A stretch of 60,249 bases of DNA, filler included. It is 7 parts of 7 records of this genome, joined end to end, with 100 filler letters (N's around TTAATTAATTAA, not from the genome) between each part and the next. Parts side by side here need not be neighbours in the genome. Positions count along the whole stretch, not along the records: positions 26,076 to 35,248 come from SRR31156797_19512; positions 35,349 to 41,674 come from SRR31156797_19532; 5 more parts are not named here. One strand, written 5' to 3'. Made by a program: the position numbers and the translations under genes. The first letter of the stretch is position 1, and each line of letters begins with the position of its first letter. Below are positions 28,327 through 36,973 of this stretch, one piece after another. The notes beneath the pieces were generated by a model. The model did no database searches. It was not told the origin of the DNA and saw only the letters and a program-made list of their open reading frames with translations.

Positions 28327-30375
28327 ATGAAAAAGAGATGCATTGTCAGATTTCTGGCGTTCCTGGCCGCAGCCGCATGGCTGAATGGTCTTGGGGTCGC
28401 ATGGGCAGAGGAATACAAACTTGAATCCATTACGGTGACGGCGGATAAAAGGGAGGAGAATATCCGGGAGGTGCCCTCGGCCATCACGGTGTTTACTGAA
28501 ACAGAACTTGAAGATGCCGGCATCGAAAACATTGAGGATGTCATTGAGATGGTGCCCAACCTGACGTTCAGCTCCACCATCCGGGGGGAGAACAACGTGA
28601 GTTACCGGGGGCTCAACGCCAGCATATTTACCAATAAAAACCCGGTGGTGATCTATGTGGACGGTGTCCCCCTGGACAACAACCATCATTATGACAGCGA
28701 TCTTTTGAACATCAAGCGGGTGGAGGTGCTCCGGGGACCCCAGGGAACCCTGTACGGCAAGAATGCCATGGGCGGCGTCATAAATATCATTACCAAACAG
28801 CCGGGCAATGAATTTGAAGCCAAGGCCCGGGTGGAGGTCGCCGAGCATGAAACCTACGGTGTCAAAGGCAGTGCCAGCGGCCCGGTGGTGAAGGATAAGC
28901 TTTTTCTGGGGCTCGCCGGCAAGTACTACGAAACCCGCGGGTACATGAAAAACGATCACCCGGACCAGGACTATTTCGATTCAGAGGAGCTCAAGACGGT
29001 CAAATCCTCCCTCCGGTGGCTTGCCTCGGATCGGACCGAGGTGAATTTCACGGCCGGGCTGGAGCAGAGACGGGACGGAGGGGACAGGGTGATCGCGTCG
29101 GATGAGGTCCGTTACCATGAGACCCGGGACCCGGATGACAAGGCCGATTCGGACAGCTTTACTTCGGCGTTGAACATCACCCATGACACTGATTTTGCCC
29201 AATTCACCTCCGTCACCACCTTTCTCGATTCAGAGACGGAGATCCGGTCCAGCCAGACTTTTCTGCCGGACAACAATCTCAAGCAGATCCAGACCGATGT
29301 CCGGTCCCTGTCCCAGGAAATCAGGCTCCAGTCTCCCAAAAACGACAGCGGCCTGAAATGGCTGGGCGGTCTCTATTATTTAAAGGGGGAAGAGGATTTC
29401 CACGACCATGGCAGCGTTATTTATTTTTACAACCAGGCCTGGTTTTTCCCCGGGGAACTCAAGGACGAAACCATGGCGGCCTTTGGCCAGGTCACCTTTC
29501 CTTTTACTTCCCGGCTGGATTTCACGGCGGGCCTGAGGTATGAACGGGTGAAAAAAGAGCTGGATTTCCGGAAAAACGTGTATGATGCCACCACGGGCGA
29601 CCTGATGTCGGCGACTTCCTGGAACCGGGAGGAGGACTGGGATGCCCTTTTACCCAAGGGGGTGCTCTCTTTCCGGATCAATTCGGATGCCATGGTCTAT
29701 GCTTCCGTGGCCAAGGGATATCTGGCCGGGGGACTCAATGCCTTTAACGATGACCGGGACAATGCCACGTTTGATGAGCAGACCTCCCTGAATTACGAAA
29801 TCGGCGCCAAGACCGCCTGGTTTGACAACCGGCTGTTTCTCAACACCACCCTCTTTTATACCGACATTAAGGACATGCATGTCTACAGTGTTCCCACCCC
29901 CGGCATCTTCATGGCGTCCAACGCCGGAGAGGCCCACAGCCAGGGCATTGAAATAGAGGCCAAGGCCCGGCCCTTCCAGGGGCTTGATATCGGTGCGGCC
30001 ATCGGGTTCACCGAGGCCGAGTTCGACGATTACAAAAAGAGTGCTACCGTGGATTACACCGGAAAAGAGATCGAGGCGACCCCGGCCTATACCCTGAATC
30101 TGAACGTTCAGTACAGGCATTCCTCGGGATTCTTTGCACGGGCCGAGATGGAAGGGTACGGCAAGACCTATTACTATGATACCATGGACCGGCCCTACAC
30201 CCGGGATTCCTTTGAATTGTTCAATGCCAAAGTCGGCTATGAAGGGGGCAACTGGGATATCTATCTGTATGCGGACAACCTTTTCGACAAAGCGTATTTC
30301 AGCGCCATCACCTACGGCCGCCATAACGTTGGCAAGCCCCAGACCCTGGGCATGATCGCCTCGGTTCGCTTTTAA
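28327..30375 (+). CDS. TonB-dependent receptor, FyuA/FptA-like
   Basis: Signal peptide; ESITVTADKR TonB box; VEVLRGPQGTLYGKNAMGG; terminal Phe. Start may be 28309 or 28327. Confidence 0.9.
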   Translation: MKKRCIVRFLAFLAAAAWLNGLGVAWAEEYKLESITVTADKREENIREVPSAITVFTETELEDAGIENIEDVIEMVPNLTFSSTIRGENNVSYRGLNASIFTNKNPVVIYVDGVPLDNNHHYDSDLLNIKRVEVLRGPQGTLYGKNAMGGVINIITKQPGNEFEAKARVEVAEHETYGVKGSASGPVVKDKLFLGLAGKYYETRGYMKNDHPDQDYFDSEELKTVKSSLRWLASDRTEVNFTAGLEQRRDGGDRVIASDEVRYHETRDPDDKADSDSFTSALNITHDTDFAQFTSVTTFLDSETEIRSSQTFLPDNNLKQIQTDVRSLSQEIRLQSPKNDSGLKWLGGLYYLKGEEDFHDHGSVIYFYNQAWFFPGELKDETMAAFGQVTFPFTSRLDFTAGLRYERVKKELDFRKNVYDATTGDLMSATSWNREEDWDALLPKGVLSFRINSDAMVYASVAKGYLAGGLNAFNDDRDNATFDEQTSLNYEIGAKTAWFDNRLFLNTTLFYTDIKDMHVYSVPTPGIFMASNAGEAHSQGIEIEAKARPFQGLDIGAAIGFTEAEFDDYKKSATVDYTGKEIEATPAYTLNLNVQYRHSSGFFARAEMEGYGKTYYYDTMDRPYTRDSFELFNAKVGYEGGNWDIYLYADNLFDKAYFSAITYGRHNVGKPQTLGMIASVRF

Positions 30376-30408
30376 GCTTTTCTTCTTTTTACCAGGAACA
30401 AAGGAAAT

Positions 30409-31314
30409 ATGGAATTAAGGATAAAAAATCTATCCAAAACCTATCCAAACGGTGTTCGGGCCCTCAGGGGCCTGAACCTTTCCATCAACAAGGGGATGTT
30501 CGGCCTCCTGGGCCAGAACGGTGCGGGAAAATCCTCCCTCATGCGCACCCTGGCCACCCTGCAGGATGTCGACGAAGGAACGGTTTCCCTGGGGGATATC
30601 GACGTGTTGAACGATCCCCTCGGCGCGCGCAGGGTCATTGGATACCTGCCCCAGACCTTTGGGGTGTATGACACGGTGTCGGCCTGGGAGATGCTCGATT
30701 ATGTGGCGAATATCAAAGGGGTGACCCGGAAAAAACAGAGGCAGGCCCTTGTGGAAAGCCTTCTCCGCCAGGTGAACCTGTTTGACGTTCGAAAAAACAG
30801 GCTGTCCACCTATTCCGGGGGCATGAAGCAGCGCTTTGGCATTGCCCAGGCCCTGATCGGAAATCCCCGGCTCATCATCGTGGATGAACCCACTGCCGGG
30901 CTGGACCCGGTGGAGCGCAAGCGCTTTTATAACATCCTGAGCCGCCTTGGAGAACGGGCCATTGTCATCCTTTCCACCCATATCGTGGAGGATGTGACAA
31001 GCCTCTGCCAGGACGTGGCCATCATGGGCCGGGGGCGGGTGCTGACCCGGGGAACCCCGGAAGAGATCATGGAGGGGGTCCGGGGGAAAATCTGGCGGAG
31101 GGAGATTCACCCCGATGAACTTCCCGAATACGAGGACCGGTTCCTTGTCACCTCCACCCGGATTCACCAGGGGCGGATAACCGTGGATGTCTATGACCGG
31201 GAGAGGCCGGGGACCGCCTTTAAGCCCAAGGCCCCCGACCTGGAGGATGCCTATTTTGCGGCCATTCACCCGGGAACGGGCGGCCCGGATCTCGAGGGAG
31301 GCGCCACGCCATGA
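30409..31314 (+). CDS. ABC transporter ATP-binding protein (ABC-2 exporter type)
   Basis: GQNGAGKSS, YSGGMKQR, DEPTAGLDP. Confidence 0.93.
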   Translation: MELRIKNLSKTYPNGVRALRGLNLSINKGMFGLLGQNGAGKSSLMRTLATLQDVDEGTVSLGDIDVLNDPLGARRVIGYLPQTFGVYDTVSAWEMLDYVANIKGVTRKKQRQALVESLLRQVNLFDVRKNRLSTYSGGMKQRFGIAQALIGNPRLIIVDEPTAGLDPVERKRFYNILSRLGERAIVILSTHIVEDVTSLCQDVAIMGRGRVLTRGTPEEIMEGVRGKIWRREIHPDELPEYEDRFLVTSTRIHQGRITVDVYDRERPGTAFKPKAPDLEDAYFAAIHPGTGGPDLEGGATP

Positions 31315-34300
31315 TCTCCGCCATCCTGAAATTTGAACTGGCCTCCTATTTTAAACGGCCGATGACATGGGTGTTTTTCATCCTGCTCATGGTCCAGGGC
31401 GTCTGGTATACCCTGGGCGCCCACGAGAACTACAGCGACAACAACACCTTTATCAACGCACCGGTGATCGTGTACCAGAATTTGTCCGGCATGGGGCTGA
31501 TCCTTCTGATCGTCGTTGCCATCCTTTCCGGCGGTTCCCTGGCACGGGAGCTGGAAAAGAAAACCGGTGAAACCCTCTTTCCCATCCATGGAAACGACAG
31601 TAAATTCTTTTGGGGAAAATCCCTGTCGGTGTTCATGGTCAACCTTTTTGTGGTGGCGGGTTTTCCCCTGGGCATGGTGGTGCTGCCATACCTGGGAATC
31701 CATGGCCCCGAGCGGTTCGGACCCGTGCCCCTGGGGCAGCTCCTCCACGGTTTTTTGATCCTGACCCTGCCCAACCTGGTGTTTCTGGTGGCCTTTTCCA
31801 TTTTTCTGGTGGTCTTTTTCAAAAGATCCGCCGCCGCGTATATGGGAGTGGTCCTGGTCCTGATCCTCTATTTTACCGCCGTTGCCCTGGGGGAGGATCC
31901 GCCTTTGTGGGTGCGGCTCATGGATCCCTTTGCCTATACCAGTGTCATGGACACCATCGGCAAGCTGGGGGTGGCTGAGCGGAACACGGCCTATCTGCCA
32001 GTCACTTCTCCGCTTTTATGGAACCGTTGTTTCTGGCTGGCCCTTTCCGCCCTGTTGACCGGCGCTTCGTTTTTACGGTTTGACTTTAAATATTTCATGG
32101 CGCGGCCGTCAAGGAAATCCGTGAAAACCGTCAAGGAACCCGCCTCGTCCCGGGGGGAGGGGGCGGAAATTGCGGCCTGTGATCTGAATTTCACCCGGGC
32201 CGCCATGGCGGGCAAGGTGCTGTCCTTTGCCTGGATGGAGTTTAAAATGGTCACCCGCTCCACGGTCCTGCGCATTGTGCTCCTGGCCCTGTTTCTCATG
32301 TTTCTGGGGTACGATTTCATATGGACATCGGCCTATTTCATGGACGTCCGTTCACTGCCCCTCACCTCGGTGATGACCTTTGTCCGGATTCCCATGATGC
32401 TCATGATATCGCTTTTGCTGATCCTTTTTTCAGGAGAGCTGCTGTTCAGGGACCGGCAATCCGGGACGTGGCAGATTCTGGATGCCATGCCTACCCCTTC
32501 CTGGGTGTTTATTTTTTCCCGGTTCCTCACCCTTGGCGCCCTGGGCTTTGTCATATCCACCCTTCTTTTTGCCGCGGGGCTGACGGCCCAGCTGATCCAG
32601 GGCTTTACGCAAATTGAATGGGGGCTTTACCTCAAGGACCTGTATCTGAATCGCCAGGGCTGGATCACCGGCCTTTGCCTTATTGCCATGGCCTTTTGCA
32701 TGGGATCCCTTTCGGGAAATCGACTTCGGGGCCACGCTTTGTCCCTGGGTCTTTTTCTCTTCATGGCCGTCTCCCTGGATCTGGGGCTCCTGGAGCAATT
32801 CCGGTTTGCCTTTCCGTTTGTTCCGGGAATCGGGGGATATTCGGAAATGAACGGATATGGGGCCTTTGACCGGGTCCTGCCATGGTATGCCGGGGTCTGG
32901 GGAACCCTCTCCCTCCTGTTTCTTTTCCTGGCAGTCATGTTTTGGAACCGGGGCGTTGACCGGACCCTGCCGGCGCGCTTTAGGTGGGGCCGGAGCCGGA
33001 TCAATCTGACAAAGGGGGGAATCCTGTTCTGCCTTGTCTGTCTCTTTGGGGGATTCCAGTACTGGATTTACGACCAGGAAGTAACGGCCGCCGGATTTAA
33101 AACCGTCATGGCTGAAAAGCGGGAGGCGGCGGATTACGAAAAAACGTACCGGTCCATCCGGAAATTACCCCGGCCTAAAATCACCGACCTTCAGCTGAAC
33201 CTGGAACTTTTTCCGGAAAAAAGGGAGGCATTGTACCATGCTTCCCTTGTGCTGAAGAACAAGGGAACCCGGCCCATCACCACCCTCCGCCTGAACCGGC
33301 ACCCTGTTTTAAGCCTCACCGGCATCCGGGCAAACGACCGCACCCTTGGGATGACGGCAAACGATACCCGCCATGGCCATGTCGTCTATGGACTGTCAAA
33401 GCCCCTGGAACCGGGCGGCTCCATGGTGCTGAACCTGGACGGAAGGCTTGCCCGTAGGGGCGTTCACCCAACATCCCCCCATGGGGATCTCATTTTCAAC
33501 GGCACCTGTCTCGACGCCGGGCTTCTGCCCCGTTTCGGTTTTGATGATGGCCGGGAGCTTCTCCGGAACAAAGACAGGGCCCGGGTGGGGCTTCCCGCCA
33601 TAACGTCTCGGATGGACCCCCCGGCGGATCCCTTTTCCAGTGCCAACCTGGTGTATTCGGACCAGGCGGATCTCTTGACCTGGGATATCACCATCGGCAC
33701 CGCCGGTTCCCAGGAGGTGGTGGGGCCTGGGAAAAAGGTCAAATCCTGGACGGAAAAAAACAGGCATTACGTTCGCTACCGGTCGGAAAGACCGGGGCCC
33801 CTTAATTTCAAGATTATCTCCGCCCGGTTTGACAAGCGGGAATTCGACCTGGGGGGAACCCGGGCCGTCATCCATTACCATCCCGGCCATATCCATAACC
33901 TGGACGTGTTTCAGGATGCCGTCACGAAAAGCGCGGCCTGGCTGGGCCGGAGCCTTGGGCCCTATCCCCATCACAGCCTGCACCTGGTGGAAATCCCGCC
34001 ATACCATGGCGATGCATTGACCTTTGCCAATGTGACCGCCCTTTCCGAACAAAATGGATGGGCCGCGGATCTTGGAAGGCCCCGGGACAGGCAGTATATT
34101 TATCTGCTTGTTGCCCGGGAACTTGCCAAGCAATGGGTCGAAGCACGGGTCTCCCCGGCAAACGTCGAGGGGGCGGGGCTCTTTACCGAATCCATTCCCG
34201 AGTACCTTGCCCTTGCATTCATGGCGGACCGGTTCGGCCCGGTGGACCACTGGCTGGATCAGCGGCGGAAGGATTACATGAAAGGCCGGGGGGAGGAAGC

Positions 34301-34571
34301 CGTCTCGGAAAAATCCCTGCTCCGGGCGGACCGGGCATCCTACCTCTCCCGCGACAAGGGGGGGCCGGCCTTTTATGCCCTGGCGGGACAGATGGGCAGG
34401 GACCGCTTCAACACCTGGCTGGCCCGCTGGCTGGAAAGTCCGGCCCGGGCAGGGGACCCGGTCACATCCCGGGCGTTTTACCGGGACCTTCTGTCGACCG
34501 TGCCGTCCTCCCTGCACTCCTTTTGTGACAATTGGTTCAAGGGGGTGGAACCTGGCAAAATTGGAGGGTGA
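31311..34571 (+). CDS. ABC-2 permease (duplicated) fused to an M1-aminopeptidase-like domain with a degenerate zinc motif
   Basis: Two permease repeats, YSEMNGYG, YEKTY; C-terminal ARELAKQW..TES..Y in place of HExxH..E. Confidence 0.82.
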   Translation: MISAILKFELASYFKRPMTWVFFILLMVQGVWYTLGAHENYSDNNTFINAPVIVYQNLSGMGLILLIVVAILSGGSLARELEKKTGETLFPIHGNDSKFFWGKSLSVFMVNLFVVAGFPLGMVVLPYLGIHGPERFGPVPLGQLLHGFLILTLPNLVFLVAFSIFLVVFFKRSAAAYMGVVLVLILYFTAVALGEDPPLWVRLMDPFAYTSVMDTIGKLGVAERNTAYLPVTSPLLWNRCFWLALSALLTGASFLRFDFKYFMARPSRKSVKTVKEPASSRGEGAEIAACDLNFTRAAMAGKVLSFAWMEFKMVTRSTVLRIVLLALFLMFLGYDFIWTSAYFMDVRSLPLTSVMTFVRIPMMLMISLLLILFSGELLFRDRQSGTWQILDAMPTPSWVFIFSRFLTLGALGFVISTLLFAAGLTAQLIQGFTQIEWGLYLKDLYLNRQGWITGLCLIAMAFCMGSLSGNRLRGHALSLGLFLFMAVSLDLGLLEQFRFAFPFVPGIGGYSEMNGYGAFDRVLPWYAGVWGTLSLLFLFLAVMFWNRGVDRTLPARFRWGRSRINLTKGGILFCLVCLFGGFQYWIYDQEVTAAGFKTVMAEKREAADYEKTYRSIRKLPRPKITDLQLNLELFPEKREALYHASLVLKNKGTRPITTLRLNRHPVLSLTGIRANDRTLGMTANDTRHGHVVYGLSKPLEPGGSMVLNLDGRLARRGVHPTSPHGDLIFNGTCLDAGLLPRFGFDDGRELLRNKDRARVGLPAITSRMDPPADPFSSANLVYSDQADLLTWDITIGTAGSQEVVGPGKKVKSWTEKNRHYVRYRSERPGPLNFKIISARFDKREFDLGGTRAVIHYHPGHIHNLDVFQDAVTKSAAWLGRSLGPYPHHSLHLVEIPPYHGDALTFANVTALSEQNGWAADLGRPRDRQYIYLLVARELAKQWVEARVSPANVEGAGLFTESIPEYLALAFMADRFGPVDHWLDQRRKDYMKGRGEEAVSEKSLLRADRASYLSRDKGGPAFYALAGQMGRDRFNTWLARWLESPARAGDPVTSRAFYRDLLSTVPSSLHSFCDNWFKGVEPGKIGG

Positions 34572-34613
34572 TATGCAAAGGCCGTGGAATCATAGTGGTT
34601 TTGCGTCGGTCCC

Positions 34614-34847
34614 ATGGCGACCCCGGATTTTGATGAGAGCACGTCCCTGGCCTATGAGCTTGGCTACAAAGGGCTGTTCCTTGACCGGCGCCTGGGCGTT
34701 GAGAATGATGATTTCCGGGTCGTTGCATATGCGGACAACCTGACAGATGAGGAATACCTCCTCTACGGTATGGGGGCGGGCGGTATTAAAATCGGGCGGC
34801 CGGGAAGGGGCCGGGAAGTCGGCATAAAGTTCACCGTGTTCCTGTGA
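34614..34847 (+). pseudogene. Collapsed TonB-dependent receptor C-terminal remnant
   Basis: FDESTSLAYELGYKGLFLDRRL fused in frame to GVENDDFRVVAYADNLTDEEY...GREVGIKFTVFL; both halves align to distant parts of the 28327-30375 receptor. Confidence 0.7.
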
Positions 34848-34950
34848 TGTTTTTCGGACCCCATGTCATTTAGCGTGGGGTCCGGCCTCCTGAGTCCTTT
34901 TGCCGGGATATCGGAAAAGAAACCGGGGCATTCCCGGCGGGTATAAGGGA

Positions 34951-34979
34951 TTGACAAGAAAAGGGATGTCGCCTATAAG
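34951..34979 (+). promoter_or_regulatory. Sigma70 promoter
   Basis: TTGACA-N17-TATAAG upstream of ATG 35048. Confidence 0.7.
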
Positions 34980-35047
34980 TTTGTTGCGGCAAATTTAATA
35001 GTGCTTTGCGCAGATTGTTAGAACGACATAACTTGAGGATACTTGAT

Positions 35048-35248
35048 ATGAGCAGTACCCGTCCCCTTTCTGTTCCAGCCATCCATTATACCGAGGACTA
35101 TCTTTCCTCCCGGCAGGGCCCATGCTATGGGCCGGACCGCCGGGTCTTTGAATTCAAGGGATTCAAAGGGGAAAAAGAGTCCTGCCTTCGGGTGTGCCTC
35201 CGGCAGGGACTTGAGCTCTGCATCACGGACCTGAATATCCATTCCCCC
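35048..35248 (+). CDS. N-terminus of a probable PchR-like AraC regulator, truncated
   Basis: GAGG RBS; LRQGLELCI parallels IRPGMTLT of the 27039 AraC protein. Confidence 0.45.
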
Positions 35249-35348
35249 NNNNNNNNNNNNNNNNNNNNNNNNNNNNNNNNNNNNNNNNNNNNTTAATTAA
35301 TTAANNNNNNNNNNNNNNNNNNNNNNNNNNNNNNNNNNNNNNNNNNNN
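35249..35348. other. Artificial contig linker
   Basis: N44-TTAATTAATTAA-N44. Confidence 0.98.
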
Positions 35349-35547
35349 AAAATAGACAAAATAAAGCTTTAATTTCAGATTAAAAGAGAATTAAGTTTTG
35401 AAATACAAATAAAGTTATAATAGTTGATATTTAGTTGATTGAATGTGTTATAAAGCTTTATTTTGGATATAATTCAGTGAAAGTTGTGGAAGAGATGTAT
35501 GTAAATTATGTCGACAATGATTTATTCCAGCATTCAGATTTTTAATT

Positions 35548-35754
35548 ATGGGTTCAGAAGATAGCTATTTCAGGGAATGTATAAATTGCGGATATCAGCG
35601 TGGTTTCCACGTATATATTAAGCAAATAAAAGATGGAAAAGCAAGGCTTGGTCTTATTTGTCCAAGTTGTGGTCAGAGTTATGATATTGGATGGCTGACT
35701 GCCGATATTACGGAATTTGAGCCGAAAAAAGAAGAAGTGTATGGGGACCACTAG
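35548..35754 (+). CDS. Small zinc-ribbon protein (68 aa)
   Basis: CINCGY and CPSCGQ pairs. Confidence 0.75.
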   Translation: MGSEDSYFRECINCGYQRGFHVYIKQIKDGKARLGLICPSCGQSYDIGWLTADITEFEPKKEEVYGDH

Positions 35755-36740
35755 GCCCTTTTTAGCTTCTCTATTTTAATTTTAATCTTAGATGCATTAT
35801 CTGTGTGTTTGTTAAGAATACTTTCAAACTCTTCCTTGCTGAGTTTCTTCTTTTTCCTGTCCTCTTTTATTTGTGCAATAACTGTCATTTCGGCATCGTA
35901 GATGTCCTGAAGTTCACTTATATCACCCGAATTCTGTTTTTTGTAGTAAATAACTGCTGCAGCTATAATGATAATCAGCAATATTCCCGATATTAGTAGT
36001 GGGCTTGATGGATCTTCAGAAGTCTGCATTATATTTTCACTTTCAAGAGTGACACTAATTTCTAAAAATAGGGGAGAGTACCACACATAAGATGTCTGGT
36101 TTGCATCGTTTGAAACCTCGTCAGCAATTATGGGTGTACCCTCTGCTGAAGTGACTGAAGGCATTTCATTTGTTCCATGGTTGACAACCAGTATAAGTCT
36201 TGATATGGGATATCCAAAAACATTTTCTTCCCGGAGTGTCTTGTGGAATGTTGAGATTTCTTCATGGCTGTGTATGGAATACCTGAGTCCATACAGTAAA
36301 GGCATGCTGCTGGTATTTTCAGACAAAGGAGGACTGAAGTAAATTAAATCTCCTTCTCTTGAATAGTTGACAGACATAATGGCTGTACTGGTCATCATAT
36401 CAGTAGCCTGGAATTGCATAATATCTGCGTTTTCAGGTATCCACAAAACAAGTTCCTCACCACTATTTGTATCAGTTGAGTAGACGATGGCCTCGCCTGC
36501 AATGACATAATTGTCATCTTCAAAGGAAAGTTCTATCAGGTGACTGTATTCTGAGATCTCTGCCTGTTCTTCAGAGAACAAAACCAAAGAGGAATTGTTT
36601 GTAATGTCTGCAGTATCGTACATTGCCAGGGCAGGGTTCTGCAAAAAGAGGCAGCAAATGCATAATACCAGGGAAATAGGTACGCATTTCAATATTGACC
36701 CCTTTCTTTTTATCTCATTGAAACTTGCTTGTTTTTTCAT
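35751..36740 (-). CDS. Exported acidic protein with a C-terminal TM anchor and charged cytoplasmic tail
   Basis: Signal-like N-terminus, TM LLISGILLIIIIAAAVIYY, Lys-rich tail; GAGG RBS. Confidence 0.7.
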   Translation of the reverse strand: MKKQASFNEIKRKGSILKCVPISLVLCICCLFLQNPALAMYDTADITNNSSLVLFSEEQAEISEYSHLIELSFEDDNYVIAGEAIVYSTDTNSGEELVLWIPENADIMQFQATDMMTSTAIMSVNYSREGDLIYFSPPLSENTSSMPLLYGLRYSIHSHEEISTFHKTLREENVFGYPISRLILVVNHGTNEMPSVTSAEGTPIIADEVSNDANQTSYVWYSPLFLEISVTLESENIMQTSEDPSSPLLISGILLIIIIAAAVIYYKKQNSGDISELQDIYDAEMTVIAQIKEDRKKKKLSKEEFESILNKHTDNASKIKIKIEKLKRA

Positions 36741-36935
36741 TTGACCTCAGAATTAACTGGATAGCAAATAATAATATGCATTATATATCACTCTATTCTG
36801 TTCAATTTTTTCAAATTAGGATTGCAGGCATATTCTTAATATATAAGTGTTTTGTATTTTAGTGCACGGGTTATTTTTATAAAAACGATATAGATATAAC
36901 TCCTGCATAATCCATCATAAATAATAATTCACATT

Positions 36936-36952
36936 AAAAACCGTTATATATA
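36936..36952 (+). promoter_or_regulatory. Candidate archaeal BRE/TATA promoter for mrpA
   Basis: AAAAACCG-TTATATATA, about 30 nt before ATG 36974. Confidence 0.4.
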
Positions 36953-36973
36953 GGGACTTAAATCTAGAATGAC

